In this document: in pieces, positions 37,247-46,098 of the stretch | Layout of the letters: each line of letters starts with the position of its first letter | Position numbering within the stretch: position 1 is the stretch's first letter | Translations under genes and position numbers: made by a program | From: Abditibacterium sp. | GTDB lineage: Bacteria; Armatimonadota; Abditibacteriia; Abditibacteriales; Abditibacteriaceae | Length of the DNA: 64,000 bases | Direction of reading: 5' to 3' | Assembly: GCA_965246885.1 (NCBI GenBank) | Contig: OZ251992.1 | Location: forward strand, 1,760,001-1,824,000 | The notes under the pieces: generated by a model | Seen by the model: the letters and a program-made list of their open reading frames with translations, nothing else | The model's database searches: none | Told to the model about the DNA's origin: nothing

Positions 37247-37266
37247 CGTGGTGTAACCACCCGACT

Positions 37267-37845
37267 CTACTTCTTCTTCTTATCCGCCTGTTTACCGGCT
37301 TTGCGGATGACTCGCTCGCCTTGGTAGCGCAGACCTTTGCCTTTGTAGGGTTCGACGGGGCGGCGGCCTTTGACATCCGCCGCGAAGTCGCCGAGGATTT
37401 GTTTCGAGTGGCTCGAAAGCACAATCGTCGCGGCCAGTAGGCCGTTTTCTTGGGTGGGCGTCGAAGCCGTCGCGGTGGCGGCGATGCCGTCGGGCATCGG
37501 GATGTCAACGGGGTGCGAGTAGCCGAGCGCCATTTTGAGCGTCTTGCCCGCGACTTCGGCGCGATAGCCGACGCCGCGCAGTTCGAGCGTTTTGGTGAAG
37601 CCTTCGCTCACACCTTTCACCGCGTTGAACAGCAGGGCGCGCGTCAAGCCGTGCATGGCGCGGTCTTGTTTGGTTTCGGAAGGGCGCACAACGGACATGG
37701 TGCCGCCCTCTTGGTTGACCTCGAAGTTCGCCGGAACGGGCGCCGTGACGGTGCCTTTCGGCCCCTTGACGGTCGCCACACCGTCGGCGACCGAAATCGA
37801 AACGCCGGACGGAACGGGGATAATTGCTTTGCCAATACGTGACAT
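37267..37845 (-). CDS. rplF: 50S ribosomal protein L6
   Basis: MSRIGK, VKGPKG, GVGYRA, LGYSHPV, EPYKGKG. Confidence 0.97.
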   Translation of the reverse strand: MSRIGKAIIPVPSGVSISVADGVATVKGPKGTVTAPVPANFEVNQEGGTMSVVRPSETKQDRAMHGLTRALLFNAVKGVSEGFTKTLELRGVGYRAEVAGKTLKMALGYSHPVDIPMPDGIAATATASTPTQENGLLAATIVLSSHSKQILGDFAADVKGRRPVEPYKGKGLRYQGERVIRKAGKQADKKKK

Positions 37846-37854
37846 GGTAAGTCT

Positions 37855-38247
37855 TCAATACACCTTGGCGAGCAGCTCGCCGCCGACTCCGGCTTTGCGC
37901 GCGGCTGCGCCGGTCAGCACGCCGCGCGGCGTGGAGAGAATCGTGATGCCGAGGCCGCCCAGAACGCGGGGGATGTCGGTTTTGCCGACATACATACGGC
38001 GGCCCGGTTTCGACACGCGCTCGATGTGTTGAATAACACGCTCGCGGTCATTGTAGCGCAGCACAACGGTAATGGTGCCCTGCTTGTTGTCTTCGACGGT
38101 GCTGTAGTCGGCGATATAGCCTTCTTGTTTCAGCACGCGCGCGATCTCGACTTTGATCTTGGAAGAAGGAACGGTGACGTCCACTTTCTTCGCTTGATTC
38201 GCGTTGCGGATACACGTCAGGAAGTCCGCGATGGGATCAGTTTGCAT
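37855..38247 (-). CDS. rpsH: 30S ribosomal protein S8
   Basis: TDPIADFLT.IRNA, SKPGRR.Y, GLGI.ILST..G, GGEL. Confidence 0.97.
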   Translation of the reverse strand: MQTDPIADFLTCIRNANQAKKVDVTVPSSKIKVEIARVLKQEGYIADYSTVEDNKQGTITVVLRYNDRERVIQHIERVSKPGRRMYVGKTDIPRVLGGLGITILSTPRGVLTGAAARKAGVGGELLAKVY

Positions 38248-38318
38248 AATGTTTCTACTTGATATCCCCACTCGTAGAAGTGGTTACCATCCGGCGCAGG
38301 GCGTTGCCCCACGCTTGC

Positions 38319-38513
38319 CTACCAAGAGCTTTTGGTCACTCCCGGAATTAACCCGCGATGCGCCATGCCGCGAAAGCAGATGCGGCAGATGCCGAAGGCG
38401 CGCATGAAACCGCGCGGGCGACCGCATAGCCCGCAACGGTTCATGTGGCGGGCGGTTAAGTCTTTGGTTGCGTTTTGTCGCAGCGTTTTGGCGACTTTTG
38501 ATTTTTTAGCCAT
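38319..38513 (-). CDS. rpsN: 30S ribosomal protein S14, short zinc-binding type
   Basis: [11 protein letters not shown]...CRICFR...IPGVTKSSW. Confidence 0.96.
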   Translation of the reverse strand: MAKKSKVAKTLRQNATKDLTARHMNRCGLCGRPRGFMRAFGICRICFRGMAHRGLIPGVTKSSW

Positions 38514-38649
38514 TGTCTTGTTCGTCGTTCTTGCGACGGCTTTTTGGGACGCTTGTGGCGGTGCTTTGTATCCACTTCATTATCGCCGCCGAGATGAACA
38601 CCACGACGACGAGCAGTAGAAAGGTCAAGCCCCAGCCGAAAAGTCCCAT
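38506..38649 (-). CDS. putative 47-aa single-pass membrane protein between rplE and rpsN
   Basis: [50 protein letters not shown]-like AAGGTGGA; stop overlaps the rpsN start. Confidence 0.55.
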   Translation of the reverse strand: MGLFGWGLTFLLLVVVVFISAAIMKWIQSTATSVPKSRRKNDEQDNG

Positions 38650-38661
38650 AGTGTGTCCACC

Positions 38662-39240
38662 TTACGCGGCTGTTTGCCCTTCGGCGGAAGCGTCGCCGCG
38701 TTTGCGGAACGGGAGGCCGAGTTCGCGCAGCAAAACGCGGGCTTCCTCGTCGGTTTTGGCGCTTGTGACGAAGGTCACGTCCATACCGCGCGTTTTGGTG
38801 ATCTTGTCCACGTTGATTTCGGGGAAGATGACCTGCTCTTTGACGCCGAAGGTGTAGTTGCCGCGCCCGTCGAAGGAGCGGTCGGGGATGCCCTGAAAGT
38901 CGCGGATGCGCGGCAGGGCGGCGTGGATGAGACGATATAAGAAGTCCCACATCCGCTCGCCGCGCAGCGTCACGACGCAACCAATCGGCTGCCCTTCGCG
39001 CAACTTGAAGCCCGCGATGGACTTCTTCGCCTTGCGAATGGCGGGCTTTTGCCCGGTGATGGTCGCCAGTTCTGCGGCGGCGGCGTCCATCAGTTTCGAG
39101 TCGTCTTTGGCGTCGCCCACGCCCATGTTGACGACGATCTTTTCGAGTTTGGGCAACTGCATCACGTTGGCATAGCCAAACTGCTTTTGCAGCGCCTCTT
39201 TGACCTGCTGGTCATAACGGTCTTTTAAAATAGGTGTCAT
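38662..39240 (-). CDS. rplE: 50S ribosomal protein L5
   Basis: [44 protein letters not shown]. Confidence 0.97.
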   Translation of the reverse strand: MTPILKDRYDQQVKEALQKQFGYANVMQLPKLEKIVVNMGVGDAKDDSKLMDAAAAELATITGQKPAIRKAKKSIAGFKLREGQPIGCVVTLRGERMWDFLYRLIHAALPRIRDFQGIPDRSFDGRGNYTFGVKEQVIFPEINVDKITKTRGMDVTFVTSAKTDEEARVLLRELGLPFRKRGDASAEGQTAA

Positions 39241-39279
39241 CGAATGATGCCGAACGGTTTCCAAGCGTTCGGATGGTTA

Positions 39280-39678
39280 TTACTTCAAGCCGAAGCCCGG
39301 AAAGGGAACAACGCCAACGAAACTCAGCAGTCCAGAAGAATTTTCATCTACGAAAGCTGAATCGTATTTGAAGTTGTAAAAGACGACCGCAGTGGTCGCT
39401 TTAGTCCAACCCTTAGCAGTCGCTTCTACGATTGCGGCCTCAACGAATGTTTGCGAGCGTGAAAAACCAGCAAGCAAATCTTTAATGGGTTTCGGCCCGT
39501 CTTTGACACTCGCTTCTGGGCCATCAGGCGGGTATATCTCGAAGTTAAAGTCGTCCCTAAACGTCTTGTTCAGACTCAGATATTCATCCAACTCTTTCTC
39601 CGAAGCGAAGTTACCCAGCCAGAAGGAGATGAATCCGCCAATCCTGAATTGTTCGTGTGTGGCTGTTGGTCTTGGCAT
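39280..39678 (-). CDS. immunity protein 22 (Imm22/DUF4284)-like protein inserted between rplX and rplE
   Basis: ISFWLGNFASEKELDEYL...LLAGFS...VVFYNFKY...LSFVGV pattern; low GC. Confidence 0.7.
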   Translation of the reverse strand: MPRPTATHEQFRIGGFISFWLGNFASEKELDEYLSLNKTFRDDFNFEIYPPDGPEASVKDGPKPIKDLLAGFSRSQTFVEAAIVEATAKGWTKATTAVVFYNFKYDSAFVDENSSGLLSFVGVVPFPGFGLK

Positions 39679-39693
39679 TTTCCGCCTTAATAC

Positions 39694-40056
39694 TCACCCA
39701 ATCGTTTCGCCGCTTTTCACGCTGACGCGGGAAACTTTGCCGTCTTCGCCTTTGACCCGTTTGACGCGGGTGGGTTTGCCGCTTTTCGGGTCGAGGAGCA
39801 TGACGTTCGAGGCGTCAATGGGCATCGGTTTCTCGGTGATGCCTTCGTCGGTGTTGCCTTGCTGCTTGCGCTTGTCGGGCGTGTTTTTCATCACGTTGAC
39901 GCCTTCGACGACGACTTTGCCCTTTTTCGGCAGGACTTCGAGGACGGTCTTGGGCGTTTTGCGGTCGCGGTTCTTGCCCGCAATGACGACGACTTGGTCG
40001 CCTTTGCGGATGGACAGCTTGACCGGTTCGTGTTGGGCTTTGGTGCGTTGCGCCAT
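39694..40056 (-). CDS. rplX: 50S ribosomal protein L24
   Basis: IRKGDQVVVIAGK, VVVEGVN, PIDASNV. Confidence 0.96.
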   Translation of the reverse strand: MAQRTKAQHEPVKLSIRKGDQVVVIAGKNRDRKTPKTVLEVLPKKGKVVVEGVNVMKNTPDKRKQQGNTDEGITEKPMPIDASNVMLLDPKSGKPTRVKRVKGEDGKVSRVSVKSGETIG

Positions 40057-40424
40057 TAGAGAACCTCCGGGGCGAGCGACACGATTTTCATAAAGCCTTT
40101 GTCGCGCAGTTCGCGCGCGACGGGGCCGAAGATGCGCGTGCCGCGCGGGTTGCCGTCGTTGTTGATAATCACGGCGGCGTTGTCGTCAAAAGCGATGTGC
40201 GAGCCATCGGCGCGGCGAACGCCCGTCACGGTGCGAACGATTACGGCCTTCACGACATCGTGGGTTTTGACCGGCGCGCCGGGAATCGCTTCCTTGACCG
40301 CGCAAATAATGCGGTCGCCGACGTTGCCGAATTTGGCGTTCGAGCCTTTCATCACTCGAATGCACAGCAGTTCGCGCGCGCCGGAGTTATCGGCGCAACG
40401 TAAGCGGGTTTCTGTCTGGATCAT
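40056..40424 (-). CDS. rplN: 50S ribosomal protein L14
   Basis: MIQ...[32 protein letters not shown]. Confidence 0.98.
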   Translation of the reverse strand: MIQTETRLRCADNSGARELLCIRVMKGSNAKFGNVGDRIICAVKEAIPGAPVKTHDVVKAVIVRTVTGVRRADGSHIAFDDNAAVIINNDGNPRGTRIFGPVARELRDKGFMKIVSLAPEVL

Positions 40425-40442
40425 GGTGTTCCTTGGCGGCGC

Positions 40443-40715
40443 TTATTTGGCGCGTTCGACGATCTCCAGAAGTCGCCAGTTTTTGTCTTTGGAAAGGGGG
40501 CGCGTTTCCATGATGCGGACGCGGTCGCCTTCCTTGCACTCGTTGTTTTCGTCGTGCGTTTTGAACCGCTTGGTGACGCGCTGGACGCGGCCATAAAGCG
40601 GGTGACGCGACAAGCGTTCGACCGCGACGACGCAGGTCTTGTCCATTTTGTCGGACACAACCAAGCCTTCGCGGACTTTGCGCGCTGTTCTTTCGATGGG
40701 TGTTTGTTCTGCCAT
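40443..40715 (-). CDS. rpsQ: 30S ribosomal protein S17
   Basis: [34 protein letters not shown]. Confidence 0.97.
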   Translation of the reverse strand: MAEQTPIERTARKVREGLVVSDKMDKTCVVAVERLSRHPLYGRVQRVTKRFKTHDENNECKEGDRVRIMETRPLSKDKNWRLLEIVERAK

Positions 40716-40776
40716 TGTGGGTTTCCTGTAGGGAATGATGTCCCCCGCTCCCTTATAGAAGGAAGCGGGTTTTTCT

Positions 40777-41028
40777 TCAGGCCGCCTGCGCTTCGCGGGC
40801 GGAAAGTTCGGTTCGCACGCGCGCAATCAGTTTGCGGACGTGCCGGATACGCATGGGGTTGGGTAGCTGCTGGAGCATCGCTTGGGTGCGGAGGTCGAAT
40901 AATTCGCGCTCGCAATCCTTCAAGATGCCGTGCAGTTCCGCTTCCTCGGCGCCTTTGACTCGCTCTCGGACTTCGTAGAGCTTGACTTTGGCGTCGGCGT
41001 TGGAAATATATCGGTTCAAATCGGCCAT
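40777..41028 (-). CDS. rpmC: 50S ribosomal protein L29 with N-terminal extension
   Basis: ELFDLR.Q...QL.NP.RIRHVRK.IAR..T; lies between rplP and rpsQ. Confidence 0.9.
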   Translation of the reverse strand: MADLNRYISNADAKVKLYEVRERVKGAEEAELHGILKDCERELFDLRTQAMLQQLPNPMRIRHVRKLIARVRTELSAREAQAA

Positions 41029-41031
41029 TGT

Positions 41032-41535
41032 TTACAACTCCTCAACGAGGACATCCTCGCTAATGCCGCCCTCGTCCGTCACGGCGCCGTCAGTCGGTTT
41101 ATCGGCGACGGCTTGCGAGATGACTTCGGCTTCGCGCTGGATGAACTTGGTTGCCATCGGCAACTTCATTCGCGCGCGGCGCATTGCTTCTTCGGCGACA
41201 TCGGCGGGGATGCCGGACATCTCGAACAAGATGCGCCCCGGCTTCACGACCGCGACCCAGAACTCGACGGAGCCTTTGCCGGAACCCATGCGGGTTTCGG
41301 CGGGCTTTTGCGTCACCGGTTTATCCGGGAAGACGCGAATCCACAATTGGCCGCCACGCTTGACGTGACCGCGAATCGCGCGACGCGCCGATTCGATTTG
41401 GCGGGAAGTAATCCAGCCCGCCTCGACCGCTTGGATGGCGAAGTCGCCAAACGCGATGTAGTTCCCGCGCGTCGCCACGCCGGAGCGCCGCCCTCGGTGC
41501 TGACGGCGAAATTTCACATTCTTAGGCATCAACAT
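41032..41535 (-). CDS. rplP: 50S ribosomal protein L16 with acidic tail
   Basis: [30 protein letters not shown]. Confidence 0.97.
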   Translation of the reverse strand: MLMPKNVKFRRQHRGRRSGVATRGNYIAFGDFAIQAVEAGWITSRQIESARRAIRGHVKRGGQLWIRVFPDKPVTQKPAETRMGSGKGSVEFWVAVVKPGRILFEMSGIPADVAEEAMRRARMKLPMATKFIQREAEVISQAVADKPTDGAVTDEGGISEDVLVEEL

Positions 41536-41538
41536 AAG

Positions 41539-42468
41539 TTATCTTCCGCCTCCTTGGTAGCCGCCACCGCCGCCTTGACCGCCGCGATAGCCACCGCCAC
41601 CTTGACCGCCGCCGCGATAACCGCCGCCACCTTGCCCGCCGCCCTGACCGCCGCGATAACCGCCGCCGCCACCCGGCCCGCCGCGCCCGCGATCCCCGCC
41701 GCCACCGCGTCCCCGGTCTCCGCCGCCGTAGCCGCCCCGGTCGTCGCGTCCACCGCGATCATCGCGGCGTCCGCGCGGCGCGGTCAGCGTCGGCGCTTCC
41801 ATGCCGTCAAGGATTTCGCCGCGATACACCCAGCACTTGATGCCGATGTTGCCGTAGGTCGTGGCAGCTTCGGCGGTGCCGTAGTCAATGTCGGCGCGCA
41901 GCGTGTGACGGGGGACTTTGCCCTCGTTCACGATTTCGCGCCGCGCGATCTCGGCTCCGCCCAAACGTCCCGCCGCTTCGATGCGGCACCCAAGCGCGCC
42001 ATCTTTGATAACGCGCTGGAGCGTCATACGCAGGGCGCGACGATAAGCGATACGCCGCTCGATTTGCTGCGCCACGCTTTCGGCGACGAGCGTCGCGTCG
42101 AAGTTCGGGTTGCGAATCTCTTCAACGGTGACGCGCACGTCTTTGCCGGTGAACTTGCTGAGCGCCTTTTGGAGCCGCTCGATGTCCGCGCCACGCTGCC
42201 CGATGATGACGCCGGGCTTGGCCGTGTGCAATTTGACGGTGCAACGGTTGGCTTGACGCTCGATCTCGATGCGCGAGAGAGCCGGGTCGTTGGTGCGCTC
42301 GCGCGAACCGGGACGGACGGGCTTCGACTTCACGAAACGCCGGATAAAGCGACGAATTTTCTCGTCTTCAAGTAAGAACTCTTTGTATTGGTCTTTGGAA
42401 TACCAACGGCTCTGCCAAGGTTTGATGATGCCAAGGCGCAGGCCATAAGGGTGAATTTTCTGTCCCAT
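41539..42468 (-). CDS. rpsC: 30S ribosomal protein S3 with Gly/Arg/Tyr-rich tail
   Basis: MGQKIHPYGLRLG, KPGVIIG, GRLGGAEIAR, TLRADIDY. Confidence 0.97.
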   Translation of the reverse strand: MGQKIHPYGLRLGIIKPWQSRWYSKDQYKEFLLEDEKIRRFIRRFVKSKPVRPGSRERTNDPALSRIEIERQANRCTVKLHTAKPGVIIGQRGADIERLQKALSKFTGKDVRVTVEEIRNPNFDATLVAESVAQQIERRIAYRRALRMTLQRVIKDGALGCRIEAAGRLGGAEIARREIVNEGKVPRHTLRADIDYGTAEAATTYGNIGIKCWVYRGEILDGMEAPTLTAPRGRRDDRGGRDDRGGYGGGDRGRGGGGDRGRGGPGGGGGYRGGQGGGQGGGGYRGGGQGGGGYRGGQGGGGGYQGGGR

Positions 42469-42477
42469 GATAGGAAG

Positions 42478-42546
42478 GCGGAAAGCGGAAGCCGGAAAGC
42501 GGAAAGGGGCAACCCCAATTTCCGACTTCCGGTTTCCAACTTCCGC
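42478..42546. repeat. 7-nt-unit inverted repeat between rplV and rpsC
   Basis: gcggaaa gcggaag ccggaaa gcggaaa ... tttccga cttccgg tttccaa cttccgc; first 20 nt identical to 1299-1318. Confidence 0.8.
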
Positions 42547-42548
42547 GT

Positions 42549-42881
42549 TTAGACGGCCTCCTCGACAACGACGGTGATGTGGCTCATGCGCTTTTTCAAT
42601 TGATCAGCGCGGCCCCGCGAACGGGGAAGGTAGCGCTTGAGCGTTTTGCCCTTATCAATCATAATGGTCCGCACGACCAAGCGGTCTTCGTCGGCGCCCT
42701 CGTTGTTGACGGCATTGGCGGCGGCGCTTTTGATGACCTTGGCCAAAATGGGCGACGCGATATGCGGGTCGAGCGCCAACATGTTTTGCGCGGTCACGAC
42801 GGGTTTGCCCATCACTAATTTGGCGACGCGGCGCACTTTGAGCGGCGTCATGCGAAGGTCGCGTAGAATTGCTTTTGCCAT
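42549..42881 (-). CDS. rplV: 50S ribosomal protein L22
   Basis: P.KVR.VA, KSAAANA, LKRYLPRSRGRA, SHITVVV. Confidence 0.96.
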   Translation of the reverse strand: MAKAILRDLRMTPLKVRRVAKLVMGKPVVTAQNMLALDPHIASPILAKVIKSAAANAVNNEGADEDRLVVRTIMIDKGKTLKRYLPRSRGRADQLKKRMSHITVVVEEAV

Positions 42882-43159
42882 TACTTTCTCACCTTTTCGG
42901 TCGCGCCGCCATGCCGTTTGAACGTGCGTGTCGGGACGAATTCGCCCAGTTTGTGCCCGACCATGTTCTCTTGAACAAAGACCGGGACGTGTTTGCGCCC
43001 ATCGTGAATGGCGATGGTATGGCCGAGCATTTCGGGGAAGATGGTCGAACGACGGCTCCACGATTTGATAATGGCCTTTTTGCCGCTCTCGTTCATCGCC
43101 TCGATTTTCTTCATCAGCGACAGATCGACAAACGGCCCTTTTTTCAGTGAACGGGACAT
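42881..43159 (-). CDS. rpsS: 30S ribosomal protein S19
   Basis: [28 protein letters not shown]. Confidence 0.98.
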   Translation of the reverse strand: MSRSLKKGPFVDLSLMKKIEAMNESGKKAIIKSWSRRSTIFPEMLGHTIAIHDGRKHVPVFVQENMVGHKLGEFVPTRTFKRHGGATEKVRK

Positions 43160-43162
43160 GGG

Positions 43163-43999
43163 TTACTTCTTCCTCTTTGAAATAATCATCTTGGAACTCG
43201 GCTTCTTCTTGGTGCGGGTCTTGAAGCCGATGGCTTTGACGCCGGTGGCCGAGACGGGGCCGGACTTGCGACGGCCAACACTCGCGCGGCCTTCGCCGCC
43301 GCCGTGCGGGTGGTCGTTGGGGTTCATCGCTTTACCACGAACGTGCGGCGTGATGCCGCGATGCCGATTGCGGCCCGCATTGCCCCACACGATGTTCTCC
43401 CACTCCGCGTTGCCGACGGCGCCGATGGTGGCGCGGCAACCGAGTTGAACCAAACGGGTCTCGCGCGACGGCAGCAAAATGAGCGCGAACTTGCCCTCTT
43501 TCGCTTGGAGCGTGATGGCCGTGCCCGCGCTGCGGCCCAACTGGGCGCCGCGTCCGGGTTGCAGTTCGACGTTGTGAATTGTGGTGCCGACCGGAATGTT
43601 TTGCAGGGGAAGCGCATTGCCAACGCGGATTTCTGCGGTGGCGCCGTCCATGATTTTGGCGCCGACTTTGAGGCCCGCCGGAGCGATGATGTAGCGCTTG
43701 GTGCCGTCTTCGTTCTGGATGAGCGCGATGTTGGCCGAGCGGTTCGGATCGTATTCGAGGTGCGTGACTTCGCCCGCAACGCCGTCCATACGGCGCTTGA
43801 AGTCCACGATGCGATAGAGTCGTTTGTGACCGCCGCCTTTGTTGCGGGCGGTCATGCGGCCTTGATTGTTGCGGCCAGCCGTCTTTTTGAGCGGCTCGGT
43901 GAGCGATTTTTCCGGTCGCTTCTCGGACAGTTCGGGATTGACGACCTTTGTCATCGAACGCCGCGCCGGAGAAGTCGGATTGTAATTCTTAATTGCCAT
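43163..43999 (-). CDS. rplB: 50S ribosomal protein L2
   Basis: [35 protein letters not shown]. Confidence 0.98.
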   Translation of the reverse strand: MAIKNYNPTSPARRSMTKVVNPELSEKRPEKSLTEPLKKTAGRNNQGRMTARNKGGGHKRLYRIVDFKRRMDGVAGEVTHLEYDPNRSANIALIQNEDGTKRYIIAPAGLKVGAKIMDGATAEIRVGNALPLQNIPVGTTIHNVELQPGRGAQLGRSAGTAITLQAKEGKFALILLPSRETRLVQLGCRATIGAVGNAEWENIVWGNAGRNRHRGITPHVRGKAMNPNDHPHGGGEGRASVGRRKSGPVSATGVKAIGFKTRTKKKPSSKMIISKRKK

Positions 44000-44053
44000 G
44001 ATCGAAAGGTTTGATACCGCCCGGTTGGACGGTATGAGGACATCTCCTTACGC

Positions 44054-44359
44054 TTAAGCGCCCTCGAAAATTTCCTTTAAGCGGGTCGCGGGCGCGCCTT
44101 CGGCGAGCGTCACGATCGCTTTCTTGTAGTCGGCGGTCTTGCCCTTGCGGGCGCGTCCGACCTGCTTGGTCTTACCTTTCACGGTGAGCGTGTGAATCGA
44201 GCGAATCTTGGTGTCGAAGGCTTCTTCGATGGCCCGTTGGATTTCGGGCTTGTTCGCGCTCGGTTTGCACCGGAAGGTGTATTGGCCCACCATCGAGAGC
44301 TTCACCGATTTTTCGGTGATGATGGGGCGGTCGAGGATTTCGTATAACGGCTTGCTCAT
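44054..44359 (-). CDS. rplW: 50S ribosomal protein L23
   Basis: RPIITEKS, ANK.EI, KGK.K, KKAIVTL. Confidence 0.95.
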   Translation of the reverse strand: MSKPLYEILDRPIITEKSVKLSMVGQYTFRCKPSANKPEIQRAIEEAFDTKIRSIHTLTVKGKTKQVGRARKGKTADYKKAIVTLAEGAPATRLKEIFEGA

Positions 44360-45024
44360 GCGGTCACCTCTTGGGAGGATTCGGGTTCGGCGCCTTTGCC
44401 TTCGATGCGCAGCGTCATTTCGGCCCACGCACCGCGCGTGCAAAGCAGGTAGTCGGTGCCCAAAACGTCCACCATCGAAGTCATGCCGACATATTGCGCC
44501 TTGACTTTGGGCAGATTGCGCGCGCTGAGCGCCACGTTCTCTTCGCCGTGCGAGGACAAAACGAGCACTTTGAACTCGGAAAGTCCCAGCGCCGCGAGCA
44601 ACGCGACCATCTCTTTGGTTTTGGGCGCCTCGAAAGAAAGGGCGTCCAATAGGTAGATGCGGTCGTTTTGCAAACGCGAGTTGAGGACGGTGCGAAACGC
44701 GGCCTGACGCATTTTGCGCGGCGTGTTTTGTGAGTAGTCGCGCGGGCGCGGGCCGTGAACGACGCCGCCACCGCGCATGTGCGGAACGCGCTTGTCGCCT
44801 TGACGCGAGCGGCCCGTTCCTTTCTGGCGCCGGATTTTGACGCCCGAACCTTTCACTTCGTCGCGCCGCTTGGCCTTGGCCGTGCCTTGTCGTTTGCCCG
44901 CCAACTCCGCGACCATCACTTGGTGAACCAAGGTCTGTTTCGCGTTAGCGGATTCGAGTTTGGCGGGAGCGGCGAGCGTCCCAGTGGACGCCCCGCTCCG
45001 GTCGAAAATTTTGATTTCTGCCAT
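44356..45024 (-). CDS. rplD: 50S ribosomal protein L4
   Basis: RQGT, RQKGTGRSRQG, GGVVHGPRPRDY, LSARNLP. Confidence 0.96.
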   Translation of the reverse strand: MAEIKIFDRSGASTGTLAAPAKLESANAKQTLVHQVMVAELAGKRQGTAKAKRRDEVKGSGVKIRRQKGTGRSRQGDKRVPHMRGGGVVHGPRPRDYSQNTPRKMRQAAFRTVLNSRLQNDRIYLLDALSFEAPKTKEMVALLAALGLSEFKVLVLSSHGEENVALSARNLPKVKAQYVGMTSMVDVLGTDYLLCTRGAWAEMTLRIEGKGAEPESSQEVTA

Positions 45025-45091
45025 GTTCGTTCGCGCGCCTCTTCGCCGACGGGCGCGGATTAGTTGTTTGTGGGCTTCGTCGTCAAGCCAT

Positions 45092-45183
45092 CGGAGAAGC
45101 CGGGATTCGAACCCGGGATGAACGGTGGAGCCATCCATAACTCATTAGCAGTGAGCCGCCTTCGACCACTCGGCCACTTCTCC
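45092..45183 (-). tRNA. tRNA-Ser, anticodon GCT (CCA not encoded)
   Basis: GGAGAAG/CTTCTCC acceptor stem, GCCGAGTGGTCGAAGGC D-arm, GCTCA-CT-GCT-AA-TGAGT anticodon arm, long variable arm, GGTTCGAATCC T-loop. Confidence 0.95.
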
Positions 45184-45193
45184 AAACTGCCCC

Positions 45194-45260
45194 GAGCGGG
45201 GCTACCGCCCCCTTCCAATCACGGAATGGAGCCGATTGGAAGTGGGCGGTAGCCCCGCTC
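45194..45260. repeat. GTAG-type REP doublet, opposite arrangement to 35502-35574
   Basis: GAGCGGGGCTACCGCCCCCTTCCAATC ... GATTGGAAGTGGGCGGTAGCCCCGCTC. Confidence 0.8.
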
Positions 45261-45406
45261 TACTCCTTCGTCGGTAGGTCGGAGGCCTTGATTGTCCAAG
45301 GCTTCGTCCGATGCGGATTCGGCGCGAATATCATCCAAGCGGCGAATCCCAAAACAAACACGAGAATCGCAACCTGCACCCATTCACCGAAAGTCCAGTG
45401 CCTCAT
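45260..45406 (-). CDS. putative 48-aa single-pass membrane protein
   Basis: MRHWTFGEWVQVAILVFVLGFAAWMIFAPNPHRTKPWTIKASDLPTKE*; ATG overlaps the transaldolase TGA. Confidence 0.5.
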   Translation of the reverse strand: MRHWTFGEWVQVAILVFVLGFAAWMIFAPNPHRTKPWTIKASDLPTKE

Positions 45407-46065
45407 CAGTAAGTCCGATTCTCCGCCGGGATTTTGTTCCAGTCGGTGTCGAACAGCTTGAGGCCGATGTCCGTGAGCGGGTTGTTGACCAGCTTTTTGA
45501 ACAGCGTAAAGGGCATCGTCGCCACGTCGCTTCCGGCGATGGCAGCTTGTTGGATGTGCAAAGCCGAGCGCGTCGAAGCGGTCAGGATCTGCGTGGCGAA
45601 CTCGTAGTTGTCGTAGATCGCGCGAATATCGCGGATCGTGTCCATGCCTTCGCCGCCGATGTCGTCTATGCGGCCCACGAACGGCGAAATGTAAGTCGCG
45701 CCGACTTTGGCCGCGAGAAGTGCCTGCACCGGCGAGAAGCACAGCGTCACGTTGGTTTTGATGCCCTCTTCGGTGAAGACCTTGACGGCCTTCAAGCCCT
45801 CTTGAGTGAGCGGCACTTTCACGACGACGTTGGGCGCCAAGTCCGCCAAAAAACGGCCCTGACGCAGCATCTCGTCCTTGTGTTCTGCCGTGACTTCCGC
45901 CGAAACGGGGCCGGAAACGACGCCACAAATCTCCTTCACCAATTCGATGAAGTTGCGATTCGATTTGGCAACGTGCGACGGGTTCGTCGTGATGCCATCG
46001 AGTAGGCCCGTTTCTTGCGCTTCGCGGATTTCGCTGATGTCCGCCGTGTCGAGAAAAAATTTCAT
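45406..46065 (-). CDS. fsa: transaldolase / fructose-6-phosphate aldolase family (short type)
   Basis: FFLDTA, GITTNPS, GPVSAEV, VVVKVP (Schiff-base Lys), TNVTL.FS, YISPFVGR.DD. Confidence 0.93.
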   Translation of the reverse strand: MKFFLDTADISEIREAQETGLLDGITTNPSHVAKSNRNFIELVKEICGVVSGPVSAEVTAEHKDEMLRQGRFLADLAPNVVVKVPLTQEGLKAVKVFTEEGIKTNVTLCFSPVQALLAAKVGATYISPFVGRIDDIGGEGMDTIRDIRAIYDNYEFATQILTASTRSALHIQQAAIAGSDVATMPFTLFKKLVNNPLTDIGLKLFDTDWNKIPAENRTY

Positions 46066-46098
46066 GGTGTCTCCGTTCGTGTCGTCCGCTCAAGCCCT

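Noticed and set aside
40930..42375. 481-aa plus-strand ORF (similarly 3271-4242 and 5278-6060)
   Set aside because: Antisense to conserved genes (rplP/rpsC, rho, recA); expected from stop-codon scarcity in GC-rich DNA.
45092..45183. Selenocysteine or suppressor tRNA
   Set aside because: The anticodon is GCT and the acceptor stem is 7 bp; a long variable arm is normal for tRNA-Ser.
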